Origin: Gemmataceae bacterium | GTDB taxonomy: Bacteria; Planctomycetota; Planctomycetia; Gemmatales; Gemmataceae | Direction: 5' to 3' | Length of the DNA: 37,240 nt | Assembly: GCA_009691815.1 (NCBI GenBank) | Contig: SIAL01000001.1 | Span: 1-37,240 of the forward strand | Part shown: positions 19,401 through 26,622 of the stretch, piece by piece | How positions within the stretch are numbered: the first letter of the stretch is position 1 | Layout of the letters: each line of letters opens with the position of its first letter | The notes under the pieces: model-generated | What the model saw: the letters and a program-made list of their open reading frames with translations, nothing else | Told to the model about the DNA's origin: nothing | Databases searched by the model: none | Translations under genes and position numbers: made by a program

Positions 19401-19484
19401 CATGGGTTGCACCATGAAAAGCAAAAGGGCGCTGGTGAACAGGGTCAAAGTAAACGCCGAAAGTGTTAAAAATGCCGATTTCAC
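16428..19484 (-). CDS. Fused polytopic membrane domain / spermidine synthase-like (class I SAM-fold) protein with an extra C-terminal 4-TM module (1018 aa)
   Basis: The GTG start is supported by alignment to the paralogue. Membrane blocks: LLLFMVQPMVGKLILPLLGGTPAVWNTCMVFFQ, DPYFLYAASNLGSMIALIGYP, LFLVSMVCHGELARSRP. Synthase-fold blocks: LLHGTTLHGMQ, VAVIGLGTGTLATYA, YDIDP, VDAFSSDAIPVHLLTNEA. Confidence 0.85.
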   Translation of the reverse strand: MKSAFLTLSAFTLTLFTSALLLFMVQPMVGKLILPLLGGTPAVWNTCMVFFQALLLGGYSYAHFSTKYLGVRRQSIVHLALMMIPFLFVFPITIHEDLLSDTESFLIPKLLGVLFLSAGIPFFIVSASAPLLQRWFSRTGHPAASDPYFLYAASNLGSMIALIGYPAFVEPYLTLEHQRWGWGMGYGVLVIFTGVCAWLLRIAPDSVRETSTQASNNPAKPIPQSIILRWIFLGAVPSSLMLGATTYMTTDIAAIPLLWVAPLAIYLLSFILVFARIPAGVHFTMILLMPLGVLLLLFLMLSGIKPGQDIMNLIGVHLAVLFLVSMVCHGELARSRPAPENLTSFYLYMSLGGVVGGLFNGLLAPMLFPTIAEYQVALVVACMLVPPLGVAADTKFTRLADLLLAVGAVFFTMVFITIRSWDRDGSSQVISGAWLFALLTGFGVVWATNLWFRGKLGGAEVFDLALPAAFGVLTIGLNLGVYSNTIYYPIQNWFSGAEPSPIPFLKMFQSPDMFRGGLYILMYGVPCILCYTLVDRPMRFALGVASVIAGSTFAGMFDKSAVWQSRGFFGALKIEKQIESGVEFTRLLHGTTLHGMQPVNENLRAIPLTYYHRTGPIGQVLENYGNKNAKGVYPAVAVIGLGTGTLATYAHEGQQFDFYDIDPLVKDISFDEKKAFFHYTQLASERGAKLQLILGDARVTLQKPKFSGTTKYSIIAVDAFSSDAIPVHLLTNEAMSVYLDRLTEDGIIVFHVSNRYLRLEPVLANLAEKRNMAILVNSDSTEDHIGKSASTWVALARKPSDLSRLMGPLNTAVQTGTTLGIAQPLAIMPFGPVSDLGTTLAGVAQLWEPCWLEPTPNPNLALWTDDYSNILGVFSNFKISPLLIWLLVGLLIAALVKALLLFPLVHDPAYSGKTGGEALISLLGESITSFLLLIGVAILVAVPCGMLLDNHWLKSSLGINGNKILVGGVFASLDLLVQLGMLGSSQGIKPGKARLLSICGLLVDLASVGLVLFLNKEG

Positions 19485-19520
19485 GGGAGTGTTCCAGTTG
19501 CAGGGTGTGAAAGAAGGGAC

Positions 19521-21950
19521 CTATTTTAAGATCCCAGGTAGGTTGGAATAGTCATCGGTCCATACACCAAAGCCCTTATCGGGATTAAGTGGGGACCACT
19601 TTTCGGTCCAAGTTTCGCCGTTTCGTTCAAAAGTGGATTCTTTTTTGGCCAAGGCGGCCAAGGCGCCAAGGGAAGGGGCCATAACCACCCAATTGGTCCC
19701 ATATTTCACCTCCTCGGCATGCTCAAACCCGCCCTGAATCATCGCTTTCATTCCCACCGCTTCGGCCATATTGCCAAGCACAGGTTCAAAATTCAAATAA
19801 CGATTGGCAATGTTAATGACCACAATTCCCTCGGGGGTGAGTTTGGATTTGTAGATTTCAAAGGCTTCTTTGGTGAGCAGGTGAACCGGCACAGCATCGG
19901 AAGTAAAAGCATCCATGAATATCAGGTCGTATTTGCCATCTTTTGACTGGTTCAGTTTGCGTCTGCCGTCACCCAGTTGGATGTTTATATTCACTCCCCG
20001 CCTTATCGCGTCCGGAATAAAAGTGAACAGGTCCTCCCGTTTGGTGGCAATCTCCACAACGGCGGGATCAATCTCAAATAGGTCAAGCGACCAATTGGTT
20101 TCCATGTAGGCCGCCAAGGTCCCCGTTCCCACCCCCAAAACACCCACATTTAGGGGTCGTTTTAGGGTCGCGGCTTTTTCTCGCATGGCTTCGAAAAGTT
20201 GGCCAATTGCACCTTTATTGTGAAAGTAGGTTACCGTGTCCCGTCGGCGGGCAATCGGTTCGTATGCCTGCATTCCGTGGTTGGTCGTGCCATGGAGCAG
20301 TTTGTGATAGAGGGTACCATCCTTTTCCCTTTCGGCGATAATTTGAAAGGTCCCGAAAAAGTTGCGCTCTTCATGGAGGATATCCAATTTTTCGGGGAGT
20401 CGATCAAGGATGTGTTCCCGCAAAAAGGCGGTGGGGATCCATTTGGTGATCCAATCTCTTCCTGTTTCCAAGGGAAGGAAATTGATGGCCAAAAGGATTG
20501 CTCCGGATGCCAACCCAAAAACAAAGATCAGCCATGTGCAGGCTTGTTGAAGTCGTCGGGAAAGGGCGCCTTGGCCCGCCACCCTAATGACAGGGAGCAT
20601 CAGGCAGGCCATTACCGCCATGAGTGGATATTCCACCACTCTGTGAAAAAGGACAGGCGCGATGACCGTGTTGAAAATTCCGCCTAACACCCCACCAAAA
20701 GACATAGCCAAGTAGAAAAGGGTCAAGTGTTCCACCGAAGGTCGGGTGCGGGCCAACTCGCCGTGGCAAACCATGGAAACAAGGAAAAGCAAAAGCAAAT
20801 GAACCGATATGATTTCAAGCTCGCTAAGGCCAAGGGACTCCCTTAAAGCCGGGGCAAAAATGGTTCCCAAAATGCCAAACGGAAGGAGGAAAATCATTAA
20901 GTTATGCTGGCTGACAAAAGACTTTGAAGCAATCCCCGCCCCCAATAGGGAAATGCCCACAAAGAGGAACTCCACCAAACGCAAAGTGCCCCCCGTGCGC
21001 AGGAATTCGCCTAACCAAGTGGGAAAGCCATCGTCAGTAACCGTAAACGCAGAGGAGGGGCCTTTGTAAAGGAATAAGAAATAGGTGGTGATGCCAAGGA
21101 TAATCGTGCCGGAAAGCCAAAGGGGAATGCGGGAAAAAACCAAAATAAAACTAAGAAGGTAAAGCGTTAGGGGGAGTATCCAAAGCAGAGGAATGGCTGC
21201 AATGTCGGTAGTTATGTAGGTAGTCACTCCAAGCATAACGCTTGAAGGGATCATGCCTAAAACGGTCCAGCAGAGGACCTTTGAAAGGGCGATTTTTTCG
21301 GAAGGTGCCGCCGGGGTTACCGGGTCATCCTCAGGCTTTAAGGAAGCCATGGCAAACTTGCCTGTCCAAAGGATGAGTCCCGATAAAACAACAAAACCAA
21401 CCAGCCAGGCGATACCCTGTTCAAAAACCCCTAATTTAGGTTCCACCCAAAAGGGATAAGCAATCAACGCCACCATGCTTCCCAAGTTGCTGGCACCATA
21501 AAGAAAGTAAGGATCTTTGGCATCTGGGTGGGTTGTTTTTGAAAACCACCTTTGAAGCAAGGGGGCGGTGGCGGCAACCGCAAAAAAAGGAAAACCGGCC
21601 GTAAAGAAAAGCACCACAAGTAACCAAGGAACCGGGCTTGTGGCCTCGGGGGGCAGGAAGATTTTCGCAAGGGGGGCAACATCAAATCGCAGCCCCGCCA
21701 GCGGAATTAGGGCCAGCACCAAAACGATGGCATGAATCCGCCACTGTTTTGCAAGGGTAAAGGATTTTCCAAGGAAATGGGCATATCCATACCCTGCAAG
21801 CAAAAGGGTCTGAAAAAACATCATGCAGGTATTCCACACCGCAGGCGTGCCTCCCAGCCAAGGAAGGAGGATCTTACCCACCATGGGCTGCACCGCAAAT
21901 AACAAAAGGGCGCTTGCAAGTAGTGTGAGGGCGAATGACCCTAAGAGCAT
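19521..21950 (-). CDS. Fused polytopic membrane domain / spermidine synthase-like protein, paralogue (about 809-813 aa)
   Basis: Carries the same conserved blocks as 16428-19484: LLLFAVQPMVGKILLPWLGGTPAVWNTCMMFFQ, LFLVSMVCHGELARTRP, LLHGTTNHGMQ, VGVLGVGTGTLAAYM, FEIDP, MDAFTSDAVPVHLLTKEA, WTDDYSN. The ORF track uses TTG at 21962; the ATG at 21948-21950 (MLLGSFALTLL...) aligns better with the paralogue. Confidence 0.85.
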   Translation of the reverse strand: MLLGSFALTLLASALLLFAVQPMVGKILLPWLGGTPAVWNTCMMFFQTLLLAGYGYAHFLGKSFTLAKQWRIHAIVLVLALIPLAGLRFDVAPLAKIFLPPEATSPVPWLLVVLFFTAGFPFFAVAATAPLLQRWFSKTTHPDAKDPYFLYGASNLGSMVALIAYPFWVEPKLGVFEQGIAWLVGFVVLSGLILWTGKFAMASLKPEDDPVTPAAPSEKIALSKVLCWTVLGMIPSSVMLGVTTYITTDIAAIPLLWILPLTLYLLSFILVFSRIPLWLSGTIILGITTYFLFLYKGPSSAFTVTDDGFPTWLGEFLRTGGTLRLVEFLFVGISLLGAGIASKSFVSQHNLMIFLLPFGILGTIFAPALRESLGLSELEIISVHLLLLFLVSMVCHGELARTRPSVEHLTLFYLAMSFGGVLGGIFNTVIAPVLFHRVVEYPLMAVMACLMLPVIRVAGQGALSRRLQQACTWLIFVFGLASGAILLAINFLPLETGRDWITKWIPTAFLREHILDRLPEKLDILHEERNFFGTFQIIAEREKDGTLYHKLLHGTTNHGMQAYEPIARRRDTVTYFHNKGAIGQLFEAMREKAATLKRPLNVGVLGVGTGTLAAYMETNWSLDLFEIDPAVVEIATKREDLFTFIPDAIRRGVNINIQLGDGRRKLNQSKDGKYDLIFMDAFTSDAVPVHLLTKEAFEIYKSKLTPEGIVVINIANRYLNFEPVLGNMAEAVGMKAMIQGGFEHAEEVKYGTNWVVMAPSLGALAALAKKESTFERNGETWTEKWSPLNPDKGFGVWTDDYSNLPGILK

Positions 21951-22046
21951 TAACGGTCGCAAGGGTCGGTCCCCAAATCACAAGGAGAGGGAATTACAAA
22001 GTCGTATTATGGGGAACCTTGTCAAAAAGGGTAGGAAATTAATGGT

Positions 22047-25000
22047 TTATTTCACTTTCCAAATGGGTTGGTCCCAAAAAAGGACCCAAGATTTCCATTC
22101 AGGTGTCTGATTCCTAGCGTCCATTTCATCCAAATCTATGAGATAGGTCGTTGCCATAGCATCATTTAGCACCGCCAAAGGTTGATCGCGGGAATCAAGG
22201 ACAAAAATCGGAACCTTGTTTTGCCCCGGACTCAGAAGTAAATGACCATCGGTTTGCCAAGGTTTCCCACCAGTATTCGGGAGGTCACTTTGACGAATTT
22301 GCAAACCTAGGGCCGCATCGAGGCCCTCCAGATTTTTTGCTACCAATTCACTTGGTGTATGGGCATCACGAAATAACCAACAGCGGTGATCAATGATCTC
22401 ATAGGCCAAACAATAAGGCGGTTTTTGATCGGTTGCCAATTGCAAACAAACTCCCCGTAAACCCATGCGATGGAGTCGGACCAGAGGGCTACCTTCCCCA
22501 AGAGGTTTACTGATCCTTTGGGAAAGTCCATCGCCATGGCGATGAAAAATCAAAGCAAGTTTTTCCTTGTGGTAGCCGATTTCCGATAGGATCCGCAACC
22601 TTTTGATGCCTTTGGCATGTCTAAGGCGCCGGTACGCTTTGGCCAATGTCCCTGAATGAAATCCAGGTGAAAAAAGCGACAGGAACGACTCACCGTGAGA
22701 ACCAATTCTAAGGCGTCCTAACCGGTTTGGTCGGTTGGCGGCATAGAGGCGCCAATTTTCCTTAAGTTCCCAAACCATGAATCCAAAAAACCCGGGAACG
22801 CCAAAAACAAACAATAGCGAGGTGGTATAGGCCACTGCCTTTTCCAATCCCAATTGTTCCAGTTGCCCGGCGATTGGAACGACCAAAACCAACATGAATT
22901 TGTGGCCAATGGTTACGGTCGGAAAATGTTTAATGGGGTTGATTTGGGGTTCGATCAAGACGGTGACCGCAAAGCGGAGGAAACCCAAAATCGGCTGGAA
23001 AATGGCTCCAAGTATTCCCTTGAATACCAGCGTGGCACCTTCCGTTTCGGGCTTGGGCCTAAGCCATTCGCTAATACCCAAAAGGACGATTGAAACCCAA
23101 TCCAACACTTGTCTGGCCAACCAAGCAAGCCATGCCGCCACACGATAAAGCGATTGAATGCCAAATTCGTGCATCCATTCCCCAAACAGATCCCACAACC
23201 AAGCATTTGCTCGGATAAAGGGTCGGCTGGCAAAAATGGCCATCAAAATGCCAAATACCAAAATCTGTAGGATTGGGCCAAAACCAATACCGGCTAACCG
23301 ATTCGCTAACAGCCAATAAACCACGGCGGCAAGCAAGGCTGGTTTAAGCCCCAAGGTCCATAACCAACGAATCGGTGGAAGTTCTAAAAGCGTTCGCACA
23401 GTGGGTGTGCGAAAAAAGTCCTTAGGGAGGGTCCAAAAGATAAAGCGAAATCCTTTGGCCAATTGGTAGAAAAAGGACAAGGTAAACCGTTTTACCAGAC
23501 CGACATGGAACAGACAGAGGAAATAAATAAAGGTGATCGCAAGGAGAGGGGGGCTTCCAAGTACGATTCGTTTTTCCACCTCTCCGTTGTGATTGGCATA
23601 GTCCTCAACCGAAGCAAAAACCGGCGTTGTCCAAGAAGTTGTTTCAAAGGTCGGGAGGTGGGCAGCTTCGGTTTCCAATATGGCATCATAAAGGTCCGAA
23701 TTGCGACCAACAAATCCCGCGAACTTGAGAAGTTCTTCGTGCATATATTGGGGAAATTTCCACAGAACAATTGTCATCAAAAAGGGCAGGATTGCCCAAA
23801 GCAGCACCAAGCGTCCCGTATTGGTCGCATAAAAAAGCGAACTTAATGCTTCCAACCCGGTGGTGTAAAACTCCCCTGGTCGATACGCCCCGGGGATCCG
23901 CCGTGCCATAGCTTTATCCAATTTGCGTAAAGGATCTCCCTGCCACCAACCGGAAACACCCGTCAAATCGGGCAATTTTAACTCATTCCGGGCCAAAATG
24001 TCGCGAAGGTCCCCAAAAGAAAGCTGCCTTGACTGCAATAGGCGTTCCACCATGTCTTCGATAATCGCATCTCGTGCGGCTTTTTCCACAAGATGGGTGG
24101 GGGCAAAGGAGGCTTCCTCCATGGCCTCTTGAAACTGAGGGGAAAAAGTATCTCGGATTTGTTTTTCCAATTGATGGACGGAGGCTTCTAGATTGGTGAT
24201 GATTGCCCCGATGACGGTCTCTTCAAGATCCGAGCGGAGAATCAAAAGCCTTGCCTTGAGAAGGGAACTTCTTGCTGAAAGCAATTCCACCCCGGGCAAG
24301 CTTTTTCTGATTGGGGCTTTGCCTAAGGAAATAAGCCAGCTCCAAGGACGCAGTTCACTCGGTTTTTGGGTTAGAATTACTCTTGCATCAAACACGGCAT
24401 GAAGGGCTTGATATTCCGGCCCGTCTGTGGTCTTTTGATTTGCGGCCACATCAAGCCAATGCAGGGCCCAATCGGGAACCGCACCACCCACCTCAAATAG
24501 ACCATCACCACCAAGGGTTTGGGCAAGATGTTTCCAGGCGGCTTTTTGCATCCGGCCCCGTGACCTGGTCGGTTCAACAAGGGCGGCGTCCAAATAAGTC
24601 AAACAAGCTTCAAAGTTCCGCCCCTCCGCCTCATGGCGCTTGGCGGTTCGAATGCAAAGGTCGTATTCCCGACCATCAAATTCTCGATCGGCGGGAACAA
24701 ATGTTTTTTCGGGCACAAGGGCCCGAAGTGTTGCCGGGTGGATGGCGCCCTCAGGTCGGCTGGCTGCCAGGTGATCTCGGGGACTGCCAACAAGTGTCAA
24801 CAAATCTTGGATCCGACCCGGTTCAAGGAGAGGAAACCAATCGCCAACTCGATCCGTTTCAAAAACCAAAAGTTCCAAAACAACCGACAGAAACTCCTCC
24901 AACACATGGCCTGTTTCGGCATCTGGGGCGATGAGGTTTTCTTCCAACAAAACGGTTCGGATCTCCCGGTATTCCATCCAGCCCAAACGGTCTACCCAGT

Positions 25001-25388
25001 CACCAGCGCGGGCATCATCCCAAACGCCCGCAATTTTGGCACGATGAACCGCCGCATGAATCCTGCCATGAAACAAATTCCGCCACAGCCATGTGAGGGC
25101 CTGATTACGGTCCCAAGAGCGCGTTTGGGCTACCGCGGGTTGGGCAATAAGCAACACGGTTTGATCAGGGCCACCGGGCGAAGGGAGTTCTTCAGGGGCA
25201 AAAACGCCCATATTGGAGAGGCTGGCATAGGGAATCAGATAGATTTCCGAATGAGGAAGGTTCCAGGCCAACCCCGGATAACCCAAATGCGCCTGAAGTA
25301 TATTTCGCAAAAGTTGCCGGGAGACAATTCGAGCCGAAGGTACAGTCTTTGTCGCAAGCGTTCCAAGTTCTTCCACCGACCAGGTCAT
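22047..25388 (-). CDS. Giant hypothetical polytopic membrane protein (1113 aa), no recognisable family
   Basis: Uninterrupted 3.3-kb ORF with an ATG start. It has a ~530-aa hydrophilic N-region, then roughly 8-10 hydrophobic segments (about aa 530-900), then a ~210-aa hydrophilic C-region. I recognise no catalytic or binding motif. Confidence 0.8.
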   Translation of the reverse strand: MTWSVEELGTLATKTVPSARIVSRQLLRNILQAHLGYPGLAWNLPHSEIYLIPYASLSNMGVFAPEELPSPGGPDQTVLLIAQPAVAQTRSWDRNQALTWLWRNLFHGRIHAAVHRAKIAGVWDDARAGDWVDRLGWMEYREIRTVLLEENLIAPDAETGHVLEEFLSVVLELLVFETDRVGDWFPLLEPGRIQDLLTLVGSPRDHLAASRPEGAIHPATLRALVPEKTFVPADREFDGREYDLCIRTAKRHEAEGRNFEACLTYLDAALVEPTRSRGRMQKAAWKHLAQTLGGDGLFEVGGAVPDWALHWLDVAANQKTTDGPEYQALHAVFDARVILTQKPSELRPWSWLISLGKAPIRKSLPGVELLSARSSLLKARLLILRSDLEETVIGAIITNLEASVHQLEKQIRDTFSPQFQEAMEEASFAPTHLVEKAARDAIIEDMVERLLQSRQLSFGDLRDILARNELKLPDLTGVSGWWQGDPLRKLDKAMARRIPGAYRPGEFYTTGLEALSSLFYATNTGRLVLLWAILPFLMTIVLWKFPQYMHEELLKFAGFVGRNSDLYDAILETEAAHLPTFETTSWTTPVFASVEDYANHNGEVEKRIVLGSPPLLAITFIYFLCLFHVGLVKRFTLSFFYQLAKGFRFIFWTLPKDFFRTPTVRTLLELPPIRWLWTLGLKPALLAAVVYWLLANRLAGIGFGPILQILVFGILMAIFASRPFIRANAWLWDLFGEWMHEFGIQSLYRVAAWLAWLARQVLDWVSIVLLGISEWLRPKPETEGATLVFKGILGAIFQPILGFLRFAVTVLIEPQINPIKHFPTVTIGHKFMLVLVVPIAGQLEQLGLEKAVAYTTSLLFVFGVPGFFGFMVWELKENWRLYAANRPNRLGRLRIGSHGESFLSLFSPGFHSGTLAKAYRRLRHAKGIKRLRILSEIGYHKEKLALIFHRHGDGLSQRISKPLGEGSPLVRLHRMGLRGVCLQLATDQKPPYCLAYEIIDHRCWLFRDAHTPSELVAKNLEGLDAALGLQIRQSDLPNTGGKPWQTDGHLLLSPGQNKVPIFVLDSRDQPLAVLNDAMATTYLIDLDEMDARNQTPEWKSWVLFWDQPIWKVK

Positions 25389-25454
25389 CCTGAATACCCC
25401 AATGCCTGATCTATTGTTACCACGGTTATCCTAGGATTTTCCTTTACTTCCGGC

Positions 25455-25670
25455 CTATTCCTCATCGGGTTGGACAGAGTTTGGCGCATCCCCACTCAGT
25501 GCGGCATGAAGCTTTTCCGCATGACTGCCGTTCATCCAGCGACCCAAATCCACGAGTTGGCATTTTTTCGAACAAAAGGGAAAGGATGGCCATTCCGCCC
25601 CATGGGTAGAAGACCCAGGCATGGGTTTTTCACAAATCGGACAAAAAGGTTTTTTGGGCATGGTTGCCAT
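25455..25670 (-). CDS. yacG: YacG-like zinc-ribbon protein (DNA gyrase inhibitor family)
   Basis: CPICEKP...FPFCSKKCQLVDLGRW closely matches E. coli YacG CPTCGK...RPFCSKRCQLIDLGEW. The start may be Met4 (AAGGT 9 nt upstream). Confidence 0.75.
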   Translation of the reverse strand: MATMPKKPFCPICEKPMPGSSTHGAEWPSFPFCSKKCQLVDLGRWMNGSHAEKLHAALSGDAPNSVQPDEE

Positions 25671-25694
25671 ACCTTGGGTTTTGGTCCAAGAGAA

Positions 25695-26024
25695 TTAGTC
25701 TTTGGACTTCTTGGAGGGAGAAGCTTTGGGAGCGGGGGTTGATTCCTTGGCGGGTGCCGTCCCCTCTTTGGATGTTGTCGGGGCGGTGGAAGATTCATTC
25801 TTGGGGGCTGTATCCGCCTTGGCCGCCGTGTTATAGGAATCGGTTCGGTAGTCCGTTTCGTAAAATCCGCTGCCCTTAAAGAGAATGGCCGCTCCGGTCC
25901 CAAGAAGCCTTTGCAGTTTGTTCTTTTTGCATTTGGGGCACTTTTTCAGGGTTGCTTCGCTGAAGGACTGGAATTCATCAAAGCGATGGGCGCAGGCGGA
26001 ACACAAATATTCATAGGTTGGCAT
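25695..26024 (-). CDS. FmdB-family (CxxC_CxxC_SSSS) zinc-ribbon protein with a disordered tail
   Basis: MPTYEYLCSACAHRFDEFQSF...CPKCKKNKLQRLL...KGSGFY is the FmdB-type signature. The C-terminal ~45 aa form a low-complexity A/P/T/S/K-rich tail. Confidence 0.85.
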   Translation of the reverse strand: MPTYEYLCSACAHRFDEFQSFSEATLKKCPKCKKNKLQRLLGTGAAILFKGSGFYETDYRTDSYNTAAKADTAPKNESSTAPTTSKEGTAPAKESTPAPKASPSKKSKD

Positions 26025-26073
26025 CGAAACTGTTCCTTATTCCCAAGGCAAGTGAAACGCATTCCATCAGAGA

Positions 26074-26595
26074 TTAGCTGCTTATGATGACTTTTGCAGG
26101 ACGCAAAACCCTGTCATGAAGCAACCAACCTTGTTCGAAAGCCTGGAGGACCATTTGCGAGGGATGGTCGGGACTGGCTATTTGGGTTACCGCTTCGTGA
26201 TGGTTTGGATCAAAGGGTTTGCCGACGCATTCCATTCGACTGAGGCCATGGCGTTTTAATAGCTCGACAAATTGGCCCATAACCAAACGGACCCCTTGGG
26301 TCAGGGCGCTGTTGTCGCCCGCTTGTGCGGCGGCCTCAAGGGCCCGCTCCAAGTTATCAAGGACGGGAAGCAAATCCGAGGCCAAAGGCAATTGGGCATA
26401 ACGGCGCTCTTGTTGAAGGTCGCGCTGCTGTCGCTTTTGATAATTCTCAAATTCTGCCCGGACCCCTTTGGCCAGAGCCAGATATTCGTCACGGATTTTT
26501 TCCGTTTCGGCCAATTTATGTTTGAGGCCTTCGATCTCAATTCCTTCGGAAAATACTATATCCGCGGGTTGATCTTGTGGTTCTTGTTCACTCAT
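26074..26595 (-). CDS. grpE: Nucleotide exchange factor GrpE
   Basis: Acidic N-terminus, a long coiled-coil region (RAEFENYQKRQQRD), and C-terminal FDPNHHEAV...V.QKGW-like block (FEQGWLLHDRVLRPAKV). AGGAGG lies upstream. Confidence 0.9.
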   Translation of the reverse strand: MSEQEPQDQPADIVFSEGIEIEGLKHKLAETEKIRDEYLALAKGVRAEFENYQKRQQRDLQQERRYAQLPLASDLLPVLDNLERALEAAAQAGDNSALTQGVRLVMGQFVELLKRHGLSRMECVGKPFDPNHHEAVTQIASPDHPSQMVLQAFEQGWLLHDRVLRPAKVIISS

Positions 26596-26622
26596 GGCAC
26601 ATTGGCCCTCCTAATTGGGCGC

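Noticed and set aside
24383-25409. Antisense ORFs of 183 and 258 aa inside the 1113-aa gene, and similar antisense ORFs elsewhere (10462-10842, 12031-12426, 34902-35477, 35674-36195, 33965-34378).
   Set aside because: All are embedded opposite or out of frame to longer ORFs that have clear family motifs or membrane-protein character. Their products are Arg/Pro/Gly-rich, as is typical of wrong-frame translation.
25428-25437. Perfect 10-bp palindrome ATCCTAGGAT between yacG and the 1113-aa gene.
   Set aside because: A perfect 10-bp palindrome is expected by chance about once per kb. There is no second copy or flanking symmetry, so an operator is not supported.
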